From: Takakia lepidozioides
Lineage: Eukaryota; Plantae; Bryophyta
Direction of reading: 5' to 3'
DNA: 64,000 nucleotides
Assembly (NCBI GenBank): GCA_030704615.1
Contig: CM060732.1
Location: 36,766,001-36,830,000 of the forward strand
Both the position numbers and the translations under genes were made by a program. Shown here piece by piece: positions 26,461 to 39,030 of this stretch (the first letter of the stretch is position 1; every line of letters starts with the position of its first letter). The notes beneath the pieces are model-generated. The model made no database searches and had not been told where the DNA came from. It worked only from the letters and a program-made list of their open reading frames with translations.

Positions 26461-26956
26461 ACCTTAGTGCCTAGCCCCAACAACGATTATCTTATTTGTG
26501 AATGATTGGATATATAATTTGGGGTTTTAAAACCCCATGTAAAATAAATGTACATATTCACTTTGTGCAAATTTTGAGTAAACGTTCAATCTAGCATGTT
26601 TTACAGGCTTACATCGTTGTTGTTCTGAATGAATGCTAAGATTGTAAGTAGCTAAAAACTTTTTAAGTGTTTTATCGTTTGATGACGTTGCTTCATCATA
26701 GAACCTATGTTGTTCACTACGTGTACTTTCCACTAACTTCAACAGTAATGTCGAGGATGTATCAAGGTTGAGTCTCATTTGATCATGTCCTGTCTATTAA
26801 AAAGTCGGTACAAAATGTTCAAGAGCACCGTGTTATTGAATGTCACAATGGAGTTTCCACATACTTGAGTCTATTAGATCTCAGTTGGAGGATTTGAGCG
26901 AAAACAAGGTTATCACTCAATAAAATGACAGTCAGCCATTAGAGATCTCTCTTTCT

Positions 26957-28730
26957 GTGGTGGAACGTTGTCTTGAAGATGTTGACAAGCTTGCTGATGG
27001 GCGATATCATCAATTCATTGAACACAATGTCAGTCCAATTACAGCTCATTCAAGTATTGACGATGTACAGCAAGTCGATGACTTGCCCCGGAGGAAAATC
27101 CCAACGTTTACCCCACAACATCATGGATGGACACATTGACACTTGAGGATGAACAAGGTGAATTATTACCTATACTTTTCTTGTTTTGTCTTCCTCAAAT
27201 TTCAGTTTTTATTTATTTATTTTTATTTTATTTAAAAAAAAAATTGTACTCTAGGTAAGATTGGGTGAAGTGAAGCGACGTCTTGTCCTGTATGATAATC
27301 CAATGTAATCTCAGTATTTGACATTTAATTCAGGATATGAAGATCTCAAGTCCGGATGTATCTCCTAATGGCCTCATGTCATCCCTTCGTACATTCAATG
27401 CCCAAATCTTTGAAAAACAAAAACGAGTGGATGATTTATGTCACGCGTCTGGCCTGAAAACTTCGGAGTGTTCGAAGAAATCACGATCCACTCATAAGAG
27501 GCTTATGGTTTGCGCAGACGTGAAGATTGCGTCAGATGTTTTACTGTCCCTTCAAAACTCAACCGACTCCCGCACTTGTTCTACAAAATTTCAGTCGAGA
27601 GGGTTGCAGAAGGTAACTGATTGATTCTTGCAACGTATCTGCATATTCAATCGACCATGTGGACGATGCTCTCATTTGGTCCGCTGATGATTAAAGATTG
27701 AAGGAATTTAAGATGTTGGAATTTTCTTCCCAGGACCAGATGATACCATCATCGGCATGGATTAAGTCTATGTCCACGTTGTGTAAGTGTATAGAATTTA
27801 TTCTGCAGAATCTCAATCAAGAGGGATTCAGAATCGTAGTAGCTGCATATCTTTATCTAATGCTCGACTATATAGTTTGTCTGAAGCATTGTGATTCATT
27901 TGGTATATCCTCATAAAGACGTTGTTGTGTCGTGGAGATATTCAAATTGTTTTCGGTGAATCGCAATGATGCATTTACCTCGACATAAATGTCGAGGTTG
28001 CATATGTGTTTTATCTGCACTAATCTCAATTACATTGGTTTAGGAGAATTATGCTTCTTCGGACAGGGATTCCTCTACTCTGAAGAGGCGGATGAAGCTC
28101 ATAATATTGAGTGTTAATGGTCTCATTTGCTATTGACCACCTCCGACCGGAAGAGAGATGTTAAAAAACAAATTTTCAGGGAGAAATGTGACCATTAAGG
28201 TCCCAGATATTCCTTTTGTCATTCCTCAGCCTGGAGTGGTGGAGTTCCTGAGGCGTCTTTTTGAAAATTTTCATGTCGCAATTTTGTTTTGCTCTGAAAG
28301 AGACATTGTTCTTAAAATACTACAATCTTTTGTGCCCATTGATACGATGAAGCTCTTCTGTTTTGTTTGGTCCAATGAGCATTGCAATGCGACAGCCGAC
28401 TATATTAAGCCTGAGATGAGATATCTCATTAAGGATATTCAAACCGTTCTTGCTAGTTTTCCTGGAAAAATGTTTGCGAAGGAAGGACAAATCCTTCTTG
28501 TGGATGATGAACCATCAAAATCACTCAGAAACCCTGCAAATACTGGATATTTCCTTCTTACTTTTAATGGGTCAAAAAATAAGCTGTCTAATATAAATGA
28601 TGTAGTGTGGCCATTCATCTCAAACATGATAGGAGTATCCAGCGTTGTTGAGTATGTGAGTGAGAACTTTGCAAAAACATCTCGTGCAGCGATAGATCGG
28701 GATCACCCACTATGGTCTTGGTATGGGTGA
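26957..28730 (+). pseudogene. Multi-exon pseudogene ending in an FCP1/NIF-like HAD domain, copy 2
   Basis: The final exon (~28043-28730) reads MKLIILSVNGLICY*...IPQPGVVEFLRRLFENFHVAIL...FCFVWSNEHC...LIKDIQTV...QILLVDDEPSKSLRNPANTGYF. Probable upstream exons lie at ~26957-27157 and ~27334-27612. Confidence 0.7.
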
Positions 28731-31039
28731 TATTTGGATCCTTCTGTTTTCCATCCCTGGACAAGTCAGCCTGATTACCTTGGTATACTTCGTCATTCAT
28801 GTCAAAGTTACATAAATATTGAATGGTAACATTCACTTTTTTTAGGTATGTACTATTCTTTTTTTTAGTTTCTTAATTAAGTGGTCGTTTCTGATTGGGT
28901 TTATGGGCTTCGATTATTTTTAGTGTTGAGGACTCTGGTCCTCAAAGAGAAAGCAAACATTTGTCAGAATGGTTCAAAATCGAAATGGTTCAAGATCGGA
29001 CTAGTTCAAGATCTGAATGGTTCAAGATCTTCAACTTCGTCAACCACACTTCCAATATCAATTCTAATGATCTATTCGACCATTCCGAGAATAGACCATT
29101 CTTTTCTGGACACCAGCTTGACTTCTGGACTTTCTCAGCTTGACTTTAGTGTGTATCTGTACAATTCGACTTACATTCAAGGTCGCATGTAGTGAATTCT
29201 ATCATTGTGCATTCAATGACATTTGAAAATAAAAATGATCTACTCTCATCCGCGTCCAAAGTTCGATTTGTCATTTCTAGCACACAAAACAAAAGATTCA
29301 GAATACTTTGTCCCTTGAATGTTCATATAGAGTGAAATCTATACCTGTAGGTAATTTGCATTGACATAGTAGGCATTTGGGTCAAGGGCCATTGTCTTCA
29401 GCACTACCCTGACCACCCTCCTGAACATTGTCATCTATGAGATTAGGTCAAGTCTGATCTATTGTTCTCTAGATAAGCTACAAATGTGGAGCACAAGACT
29501 AGACAATACTTCGTGAGTATGGTGTTCAAACCTAACATTCTATGCCAGAGAACAGCCCGGTAAGAGTCTATTGGCTTCAAGAGGCGGTGGCAAGTACATA
29601 ACCATGCTAAAAAACATAAGCAGACATTGATGAATCCACAAAAAATGCCCCAATGTTTGAACGACAACAACACAAAGACAACAGGGCTAGGGGAAAATGT
29701 CAAATCTCCCTTGAATCGCTATCTCAACTGTCAGTTCGGCGATATTCTAGCAGTCATTTGCTCCGCCAAACTGGTTAACAGGTCTCGATCTTTGTTCAAG
29801 GCACCTAACAAGGATCAACTAGACTTGGTTTGCAGCGTGGGTGGCATGTGTATTCTTGAGCACTACTTTCTAGAATCTTACTAATCTTGCACCCACAGGG
29901 CACCCACATTTCAAGAACATTCCACAAAGCTTTAACTAGTCCTTGAGATTATTGCAAATAGGGCATGAGCTCAAATTAAAAAATTCACTTGCAACCTTTG
30001 ACATAATTCTCATTTACACATCATAGAGCTGAAGGACTCCTAAGATGATTTGAATCATGATGTGGTTGCATGAGTTCTGTTTCATTGCCTGCTTCTATCC
30101 GCACTTGCTGCTATGATCACGGTTTCTTCAGATGCGTAGGGAAATGCCAATGGCCTGTGAAGAGGACGACCAATCGCAGCACCTAAAGCTCCCCGGCAAA
30201 TCGCTGATATCTTTGCTTAGATATGGATGAAATATTCCAATTTGACATCCTCGGGTGACAATGATAAAGGATGAAGAAATGTGGGTTTGGCTACACGTGG
30301 GCTGTTTCTGACATCTGTCCACATCGCAATAATAAGGTCCAAGGCTGAGTCAGCCAAATATTCAACTTTGACTCTACCTACTATCTGTTTTTACTCTTAC
30401 TACCTCCAGTAAAATAGGCTAAACTAAGTAGAATCCAATGATAGCCCCCATGAGGAACTTAGCATATGCCATACTGTCCTTGGACAACCGTTTAGGCATT
30501 TTTGCGCCTAATAATGAATTCAATCAATCAGCAACTTTGAAAACCTTTTCTCACAGTAGGCATCTTCGTGCTATAATTCCTTAGAATTAGGCACATGAGA
30601 AGAGAAAACATTTATTTTTCTAAGAATAAAATTACAAAATAGACACCCAATGCCCATAGGCCCTTCCAGGCTCCAGCTACCTTTCATTTCCTTTGAAACC
30701 CTAATATAATGACATTGTGGAGTCCATGCAAGGGCCTTTCGAAGTTACATGGAGCTCTCGCAAATAGATTGCGATTTGTAGGATGAAACATGGAAAACCT
30801 CAGGCCGAATGGACGTCCCCATATTAAAAAAACCAAAAAACTTCCCTGGAATTGGAAAATATTGAAAAAAAAATAGAAAAAACAAAATATCAATTTGCCC
30901 AAATTCGCAACGGTGGCATCTCGCCAGATCAACGTTGATGGCCTGAAATTTGGCCAGTAACCTTGTCAGGTAAGTAACCACAAAATGTCCGGTAAAATTA
31001 CTTTTTTCCTTCAAGTTACCGGTGGATTTCCACGCAGGG

Positions 31040-31090
31040 GTCTCTTTCTGGTAAAAAGTCAACTCTGGCCGGCGGGCGTTTAAGGGTTAA
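31040..31090 (-). mobile_element. Single terminus of a related TTAA-flanked piggyBac-like element
   Basis: GGTAAAAAGTCAA...TTTAAGGG|TTAA. The same subterminal GGTAAAAAGTCAA precedes the TIR of family A (58026-58061). The other end was not found. Confidence 0.55.
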
Positions 31091-31590
31091 GTCACTAATA
31101 ACACTCTTGTTTCATTAGCACGCGAGGGGCCCAGTGTGTGCTTCTGACAGGGACAAAACATCTGAGAGAGGGAGAGGGAGAGAGGGGAGAGGGAGGTTGG
31201 GTTTTTGGGTAGAGCCTCTGTTGGGGTTGAGTTTAGAGAGGGGAGAGACAGAGACAATTGGGTTTGAGAAATGCAATTGGGTGTGAAATATTTGTGAAGA
31301 GGACATATAAATATGAGGGATTGAGAGGATGGGCTCTGTGTGAGGGAGTGAAGAGTGGATCATAGCTTCGCTGGTTCCTGTCCGAGGTATATTAGTTCGT
31401 GGTCATAATATAGTGAGAGACAGCGAGTTGTAGGAAGAGGGAGAAAGATGGCAGCTTTGTGGGAGAGGGAAGAGAAGAGACTTGTGGGTGGTGGATTGAA
31501 GAGAGAGAGATGGGACTAGGGAGGCTGGTAGTAAATTTGGGTTAGAGAGAGAAGCGCTGAAAGGGAAGGGACTGGGCTGGTGACGGGGAG

Positions 31591-33911
31591 ATGGCGGGGG
31601 GTGGTTTGCCCGCTGCACCGGGGCCATGGAAGCAGTACGAAGGACGTACCACTGTGTACGTGGTGGTGGCGTGCATGGTGGCAGCCACCGGCGGGCTCCT
31701 CTTTGGTTACGACATTGGCATTTCTGGTGAGTCTCGTCCCTACGTCTCCCCCATCCATTCAGATCTCAGTGTTGTGAGAGCTTCCTCAATTCCTCTGACA
31801 CTGGTGTGATTTATGTGGCGGATTATGACAGGAGGGGTAACATCAATGGACGATTTTTTGATCAAGTTTTTTCCAAAGGTGTATGTCCATAAACACGAGG
31901 CCCATGAAAGTAATTACTGCAAGTACGACAACCAATGGCTTCAGGCCTTTACATCATCTCTCTACATTGCAGGCATGTTCGCCACACTGGGGGCATCCTA
32001 CACCACCCGATTGCAGGGCCGCAGGCTCACCATGGTATACGGGGGTCTCAGCTTTTTGGTGGGTGCAATTCTGAATGCGGCAGCTCAGAACTTGGTCATG
32101 CTCATAATTGGTCGCATCATGTTGGGAATCGGAGTCGGCTTTGGCAATCAGGTCTGGCACTCCCCCAACTACCTTGACATACTTGTGACTGTACAATTAC
32201 TCTGATTTGTATTTCAAAGTTCTTTATATTTTGTATCATCATTGTCTGTTTTCCCCACGCCTTGGTTGGATATATATATTGTTGTCATCCTTATCAAGCT
32301 GGGTCATTGTGTTCGAGGGATGGGGATTCAATTTCGCAGATGCATAATCTATGGGTGGGAGTGTTCAATGAGGCAGGGGGTAAAGAAAGGCCTTTGAGAC
32401 TCAAGGATTCACATGGGGATGATCGAGGGTGGAGCACCGTCTCTTGACCTTTGTATGCGGTGGGTTTATGTTACTCTGTTGTGTTGGACAGGCTGTGCCA
32501 CTCTACTTGTCAGAGATGGCACCCGCAAATATGAGAGGAGGTCTGAACATCCTCTTCCAGCTTGCGACCACCATTGGCATTCTGACTGCAAATTTGATTA
32601 ACTATAAAACCCAAAAGCTCACACCATGGGGTTGGCGTCTCTCTCTTGGGTTAGCGGCAGTCCCTGCCCTGATACTCACCATGGGTGGTTTCCTTTGCCC
32701 TGAAACTCCCAACAGTCTGATTGAGCGAGGACATTTAGAGAAAGGGCGTGCCACACTGGAGAGAATTCGTGGCACCAAGAATGTAGGTGCAGAATTTGAG
32801 GACATGCAGGAGGCAAGCAGAATTGCCCAACAGGTTAGTTATCAATCTACTGTAATATACACATATATGTTCATTTCCTAATCTCTATAGGGATGCTTGT
32901 TGATCACAATCTTTGTTCATAGCTGGTGAAATGGATCGGCAAATTATGAAATTTATTCTCTTGATTCTTCTTTCTGTTCTTTAATTTTTGATGTGAAAAC
33001 AATACTGGCTGAATTGCAGATCAAACACCCATTTTTAAACATTTTGAAAAGACGAAATCGACCACAGTTGGTCATGGCTATACTTTGTCCCTTTTTCCAA
33101 ATTTTCACCGGTATCAACGGCATATTGTTCTATGCTCCAGTATTATTTCAAACCATGGGGTTTGGGAGCAATGCGTCTCTTTATTCTTCGGTTATCACGG
33201 GTGCTGTGTTAGCCGGATTCACTTTTGTTTCACTAACAACGGTGGATCGATGGGGTCGAAGAAAGCTCTTACTGCAGGGTGGACTTCAGATGTTTGCTTG
33301 TCAGGTACTCAACAAAGCTGGATCTAATCCTTTGCAATTCTCTCAGTTTGAATTGGTTGGGATGTTTGAGGTAAGAGATGTACTGTAAAGATTTGCACTT
33401 TCTTAAAATAACCAAAGGTTGGTTGTTAAGCTTACTCATGTGATATGTAACGTGGTGGTGGATGCAGTTATGTATCGCAATCATCCTAGCATTGAAATTC
33501 GGAGGCGACAATAAGCTGCCAAAGTCATATGCTACAGCAGTGTTGGTACTGGTGTGCTTGTATGTGGCGGCCTTTGCATGGTCATGGGGGCCATTAGGAT
33601 GGACTATTCCTAGTGAGGTTTTTCCTTTAGAGACCCGGTCAGCAGGCCAGAGTATAACAGTGTCAGTGAACCTTCTGTTCACATTTGTTGTCGCCCAAGC
33701 ATTTCTAACTATGCTATGTCACCTCCGGTATGGGATTTTTCTCCTCTTTTCTGTATGCGTCTTACTATCAGTAATTTTCGTTTATTTCTTTCTTCCGGAG
33801 ACAAACGGGGTACCAATTGAGGAGATGATGCAGATGTGGCAAAATCATTGGTTTTGGAAGCAGATAGTTCCCGCTCCCGACGAGAAACCCTACCATGAAG
33901 TCGATGCTTAG
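31591..33911 (+). CDS. STP: Sugar transport protein (STP monosaccharide/H+ symporter, MFS; STP7/14-like), 508 aa
   Basis: Exons 31591-31726, 31832-32151, 32492-32833, 33020-33304 and 33468-33911, all GT-AG, total 1527 nt and open. Motifs [69 protein letters not shown]. Confidence 0.96.
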
Positions 33912-35761
33912 AAAGGCTTAATCTAGGTTTTTTCAAGACAACTTCGCGCGGGTTGCGCATCAATATATGAATCGAGACGTTTGTTTTGGTTCGTTTTGTT
34001 TTGTAGCGTTGAGATGTCCCAAACTGCGCTTGGTACTTTTGGAAAGCCCTCGATGTGGAGGGGTGCACCGATTTGGTCTCATGATTTTTGGACTTGCGGT
34101 GTGGGAGATGTGGAATTTCATGTACTTTGGGTCGCTGGAAATTCGGGAAAAATACACAGTGGGCTCTCCTGGGACAATGGTTGGAGCCTTGGCGGGAGAT
34201 ATATCATTAATGATTTGATGTATTACTACTCAATAAAATCATGGAAAACAACAAATTGGTTTTCTCATTCGAATTTGAATTACTTTTGGTTGCTGGAAAT
34301 TCGTGAAAAAATAGCAAATTGGGCTTTCTTGGGAGAATGATTGGATTACTCAATACATTCATGGAAAACAATAAGAGCTATCTGGTGTATGTGCAGGACA
34401 GGCATCCTGAGAATTTCTGGTCAATGAAATTCCAATGCAGGGAACAAGCACAATCAAACTGATCGGTTTGGCAGCCAGTTGGCTGGAACCGGCACATTGT
34501 TGAACAGTGTGCCACTTCAATCTCTTGGTGACGAAGGCCTGTGCTTTTAATTCCAACTTCTTAATCTGTACATGCCTCAAGACCCCGGCATAAGCAGCTA
34601 CTAATCTTATTCTTTAGGATTGGGTTGTAAATAATTTATTAGCAGGCTGTATGTGGCCCTTGTATTTGTATGAGAAAGTCTTAGCAGTTTGATTTCGTCC
34701 ACCATTAGCCTTCTTGGGTAAGAGATTGCAGCAAGGATTAGAAGAACACCAAGTCCCACCTGAAGATGGGGAATATATGGAGGGAGTGATTGTGAAATAT
34801 CTCAGCACAGTGGTTATCAACTATTGCTGGAACTACCAGATTAATTGACTATTGGCAACGTCTTTGTTTGTTTTTGTCTGTCAACAAGAACAGTACTGCA
34901 ACTATTTGTAAGAAGCTGATGACCCAGGTCTCACCTCCAGCATGCTTGTATGATTCTCACCTCTCTTTTTATGCTTGTGTGAGAGCAGGGGAACATGGTT
35001 TGTAGTGTTAATACACGTTGTTTAAATTGCCATTTAAGAACGTAATCATAATCATAATCAGTCATCGCAATGCCAATTCCAGCCTTACTTGCTCCTGATC
35101 TTATGTCCTTTGGATGGGTGAGAACCCAGTCAGAAGGCTGATAGGACCTCTGTTGAAGGCTATCTCTTCACACTCCGGAAAGGAGGCATTGCTTCAATGG
35201 CTCCGGAGACCCAAGGTGCATCTATGTGTATAAGTTATGTCTATCTTCATTGTAAGGTATTGGTTATCCAGCACAGGAGGAGACTTTTGGACATTTCAAG
35301 TCCATGGTTGCAGCTGTCAACTTCTCACCTTCCTTGAAGTCTCTGAACTTCCCATGGATATTGTTGAAGGTATTAGCATTGTGATCAACTTCAGGGATAT
35401 GCGCCTCACTTCTAAATATTGTAATAACTAGGAATTTCAAGTCAAGGGCTCAATCCTTTTCTTCTTGAATGCATTGCAGGGGATGTGCATGCTCACAAGC
35501 TTTATAATCTCTCTCCAAGAAAATTTACAGCAGTCCTCCATAGCAGTTTGCCACATTGGGAGGAGAAAATGGTGGAGTGCAACAGGTCCACAAGCTTATC
35601 AAGAAGGTACCAAGGTCTTTGGAGCATACCCACAGTTGCAAAGATGTATCACTATACAATATAGGAGAACTACCACGAGAGAGAGGAGAGCATATACCTG
35701 TCCCAGAGGGGGGTATTGGGTACTATTGCTCAAGAGAGACGCCTTTCTACCAATAATTAAA

Positions 35762-38700
35762 TCATGTGAAAGGGTAGAAATTGATGAACAACAGGGAAGC
35801 CAAGGCCTATGTAGCTGAAGAACACTGTCCAAATGAGGCAACCAACCTGCTGCCCACACATGAATACCTCCATCAAATGTGCTGCATACCAGTATATGAC
35901 AGGGCTCACAGACAAAAACCTTGTCGCTACCTGCAATTACATAACAACCATCAGGTGAATACATGCAAAAATGATCAACATAAACCTACACAAATTGCCC
36001 CCCAACCCTCTCTCATTCACACATTTATTTTACAACACTAACCCACCTGCACGTGCATGGCGACACTCGCAACTGATGCCATAACCGCCAGCTGAATCCA
36101 AAAGCAATGGTTGCTGGTGCGAAGAACCCCCCTAGGCTGTTGCCGAAGTCCATTTTGTTCTTCGGACACATCAGATCCCAATTTCCTGCCTCCCCTTTGT
36201 CGAAGCTCTGCAGAACCCACACTGGTACTATCTATGTATAAGTCAAAGGAGTCCATCTAAGTTTACTTTGGGGACATGAATTTTAATTCCATCCGGTTGG
36301 AACAAATGAGATGGTAAAAGTCCTTTTCACTGCTGACTGAAAGACCTCGATATCAAGTGGAAAGCTCAAGGAAGCGTTTTTGCTGCAAGTAGGGACAAAA
36401 CCAAAAGACTGTAGGAATAATCAGGAATGTGGTATTTAATTATTTACAGGTCCTTCAACAAGGTGATGTGATGTATTTTGACACAGAAGTGACCATGTGG
36501 CCACAGCCAACCCACAACAGTACATGTCATTGGGTGAATGTCTGGATGATATTACCATGCAAGGCCGTCGAGATTCTTCACAAACTTCCGGTCCAAGGGT
36601 GGCAACAATGTGAGTTTCTGCCACTGTGCTGGAGTGGACTTGAACCCTAGGGAGAAGAGCAGTTGGTTCTGTCTCTGCGCGTATGATGTGATTGCACAGA
36701 CTGCAACAACTAGCATGGGGGATGCCAGTATGAAATTGGGAATCTGCTTTGCTTCAAAGTAACGAAGGAGGCCTACATTCCTACCACAGGAGGAAGACAA
36801 GATCCAGTCACCGTTAAAATACATCTCGCAAATTGTACCCATCTGTCTCCAACAATATGGCAAGGTGCCACCTGGACAGATCATTATCTTCTTAAAGCAG
36901 GTGTGTATGCAAAAGCGTCTTATGAGTGCATTCTTTCCCTCCCCCCCAACAGGCAAATGTGAGCACATCAACAGACACTGAAAATACGATACCAAGTTTG
37001 CTAGGACAAACACACCAGTAGTGGCTTTGAACAAATCCGTAAAGGTAAGGCACTCTTGCATGGCACCACCGGCGGACAGTCGCCTCGCCTTCAGCAGCAG
37101 CTGCGAGTAGCCATAACTTTGGAATGCAACGAACGGCGCAACCACTCCCAGACATTGCACGATTGCCATGACCACTGCAAGCACAGCCACCTGTGCAAGG
37201 AATTCTTAAGTTCTTGCCAATTGGCATGAGTAACATAGTCATGTCTAGATCAACAGATTTACATCCCACTACCATTATTAAGACAGATGTTTTCATACCA
37301 TGGTGGCACTGTAAGTTCTTCTTCAAGTTCATTTGAGGTTTATATTCACAAAGGGCTCTGCTTACAGTAAAGTACTAGAGTGGTTCGGACACTCCTGTTA
37401 TGACAGAGAAGGTGAGCATGAGGCTCATTTTTCCACCCAATGATATCACCTGTTTTGTGATGCTTATTGACAAACTGCAACTTTTACAGCCAATAAAGAG
37501 CCAAACAAACAGAAGCCTATATTTGGTATTGATAGATCTTATATTCAACAATTGCATGAGTTTGAGCAAGAAATCTGCAACTGGGTAAATAAGTTTGCTC
37601 CTTCCCCTGCCCAGTCCTGTTTACAATATTTCAAATACCATAGGATAGATGAGATATATGATGGGGGGAAAGAAGATACATGTTGGGTTGGAGATGGTTA
37701 CCAGTGGCCTGCCTTGGCGAGATACTGCTTGGAAAGAGAGGTGCATCGTCTGGACAAGGAAGAAGCTGGAGTGCAGCACGCCATTTGAGCGCACCCCACT
37801 TGACAGCCCAAATAAAATTACAGCCTTCCACTTTGCCCCCACCACAAACAGCCAAAGGCCAGCAAACGATAATAACAAGAAGAGGCTCTCTCAGTATCCG
37901 TTGGCCCGTCAGGAATTGCTTCATCTCTACTAGGATCCATCTTACTGCTCAATATCATAGGAGCTCCGTTGTAAATTAGAAAATTATCTTACGTCAGGAT
38001 ATCTAGATTCCTGCATAAGTCTGGATTTGGGGCTAGTCACCCAGTTTCCCTACTCAGTTGTATGGTTGGTCCTAGTACAAGAGTGGCATGGCCCTTGGAA
38101 ATGAAAGGCACCTGGCTACAACATGCAAGTGGGGTGGGAAGTGGAAGGGTTACAGACTAGGAGAGAGGAGGAACACGACCTTTCTATCTATCTGATATTT
38201 TTTCACCTTGCTTGATGATAGGGGGGGTCAAAAAGCACAACGCAAAAGGATACATTATAGAGTAGAAGACAGAGGCCGGGTTGAAGCAGAAGAGAACTGT
38301 AGCCCACCATGCTTGATGTTCATCCTCCAGGACGTACAACGCCAGCTTATGAAGATAGAACGCAGCCAAGACAAAACTCAAGTTGGTGATGAGGTATCCT
38401 GAGATAGCAAGTGTCGCTCTGTAGCCTACCAATGGAACCAATCTGTTCAACACTGGCAATCATGCGCACTTTAGATTTCGCTGGACCAGTACCTGAAAAC
38501 CAATGCTGAGAGGGGTGCTTATAGCTCCACCTACAGGTGTGTCATATTGTTTGATGAGACCTGTTAAAATAGTGTAAATGACATGTGAAACTGGGCACTT
38601 ACAGACCACACCACAAACTTGGGCCTCAAAATTTCCTTGGCCACAATGTAAATGACCTTCGAAGTGGATATCTCCTAACCAGAGGTTGGCTTATGGGTGA

Positions 38701-39030
38701 AGGACTTATCATTATTCCAATGGAATGCACTGCATTTTGTGCACTCTGCGGCCCAACAATCATTCTATAATATCCTTGTTCCTTCAGAGGGTTGAGATAC
38801 CAGTCCATATTCAATCCCTTAAACCCTCGTCTGACCTGTTCAAGGAAAGTCCAATGTAGGAATGTAGGCACACCTATTAACCAGTTGGAGACAAGTAGCA
38901 TACCAGTATTGGCCAGAATCCGCATGGAGAGGGATAAAACAGGTTGAAATGCATGTGTCTGCTCATATTCATATCCACACTCTGCAATTCATACATAGTA
39001 GACAGAGTCCCAGACCACTGTAGCTTCAAT
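35762..39030 (-). pseudogene. PIGV: GPI mannosyltransferase II (PIG-V/GPI18) pseudogene, 5'-truncated
   Basis: Exons encode IEATVVWDSVYYV*IAECGYEYEQTHAF; LFCFNPASVFYS; Y*ESLFLLLSF...VRSNG; PFVAFQSYGY (fs) WCHARVPYLYGFVQSHYW; NVGLLRYFEAKQIPNFILASP; MHVQ; VATRFLSVSPVIYW...(fs)SLLFINFYPFT*. Lesions are at least two premature TGA codons, at least two frameshifts and a CGG acceptor near 37898. The N-terminus is missing. Confidence 0.9.

Larger units (their letters stand above)
3683..27999. repeat. Dispersed 24-bp palindrome family, consensus AAC(C/G)TCGACATTAATGTCGA(C/G)GTT
   Basis: Copies start at about 3683, 3771, 11334, 11536, 11876, 15454, 15605, 15707, 15865, 15982 (best copy), 16173, 16954, 18074, 18149, 18514, 26736 and 27976. 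None was seen in the LTR elements or beyond ~29 kb. Confidence 0.85.

Noticed and set aside
29300-30330. Possible decayed coding fragment
   Set aside because: The frames I translated by hand are stop-rich with no recognisable motif.
37890-38995. PIG-V TGA codons as readthrough, selenocysteine or RNA-editing sites
   Set aside because: They are accompanied by frameshifts, a broken splice site and 5' truncation, which indicates ordinary decay.
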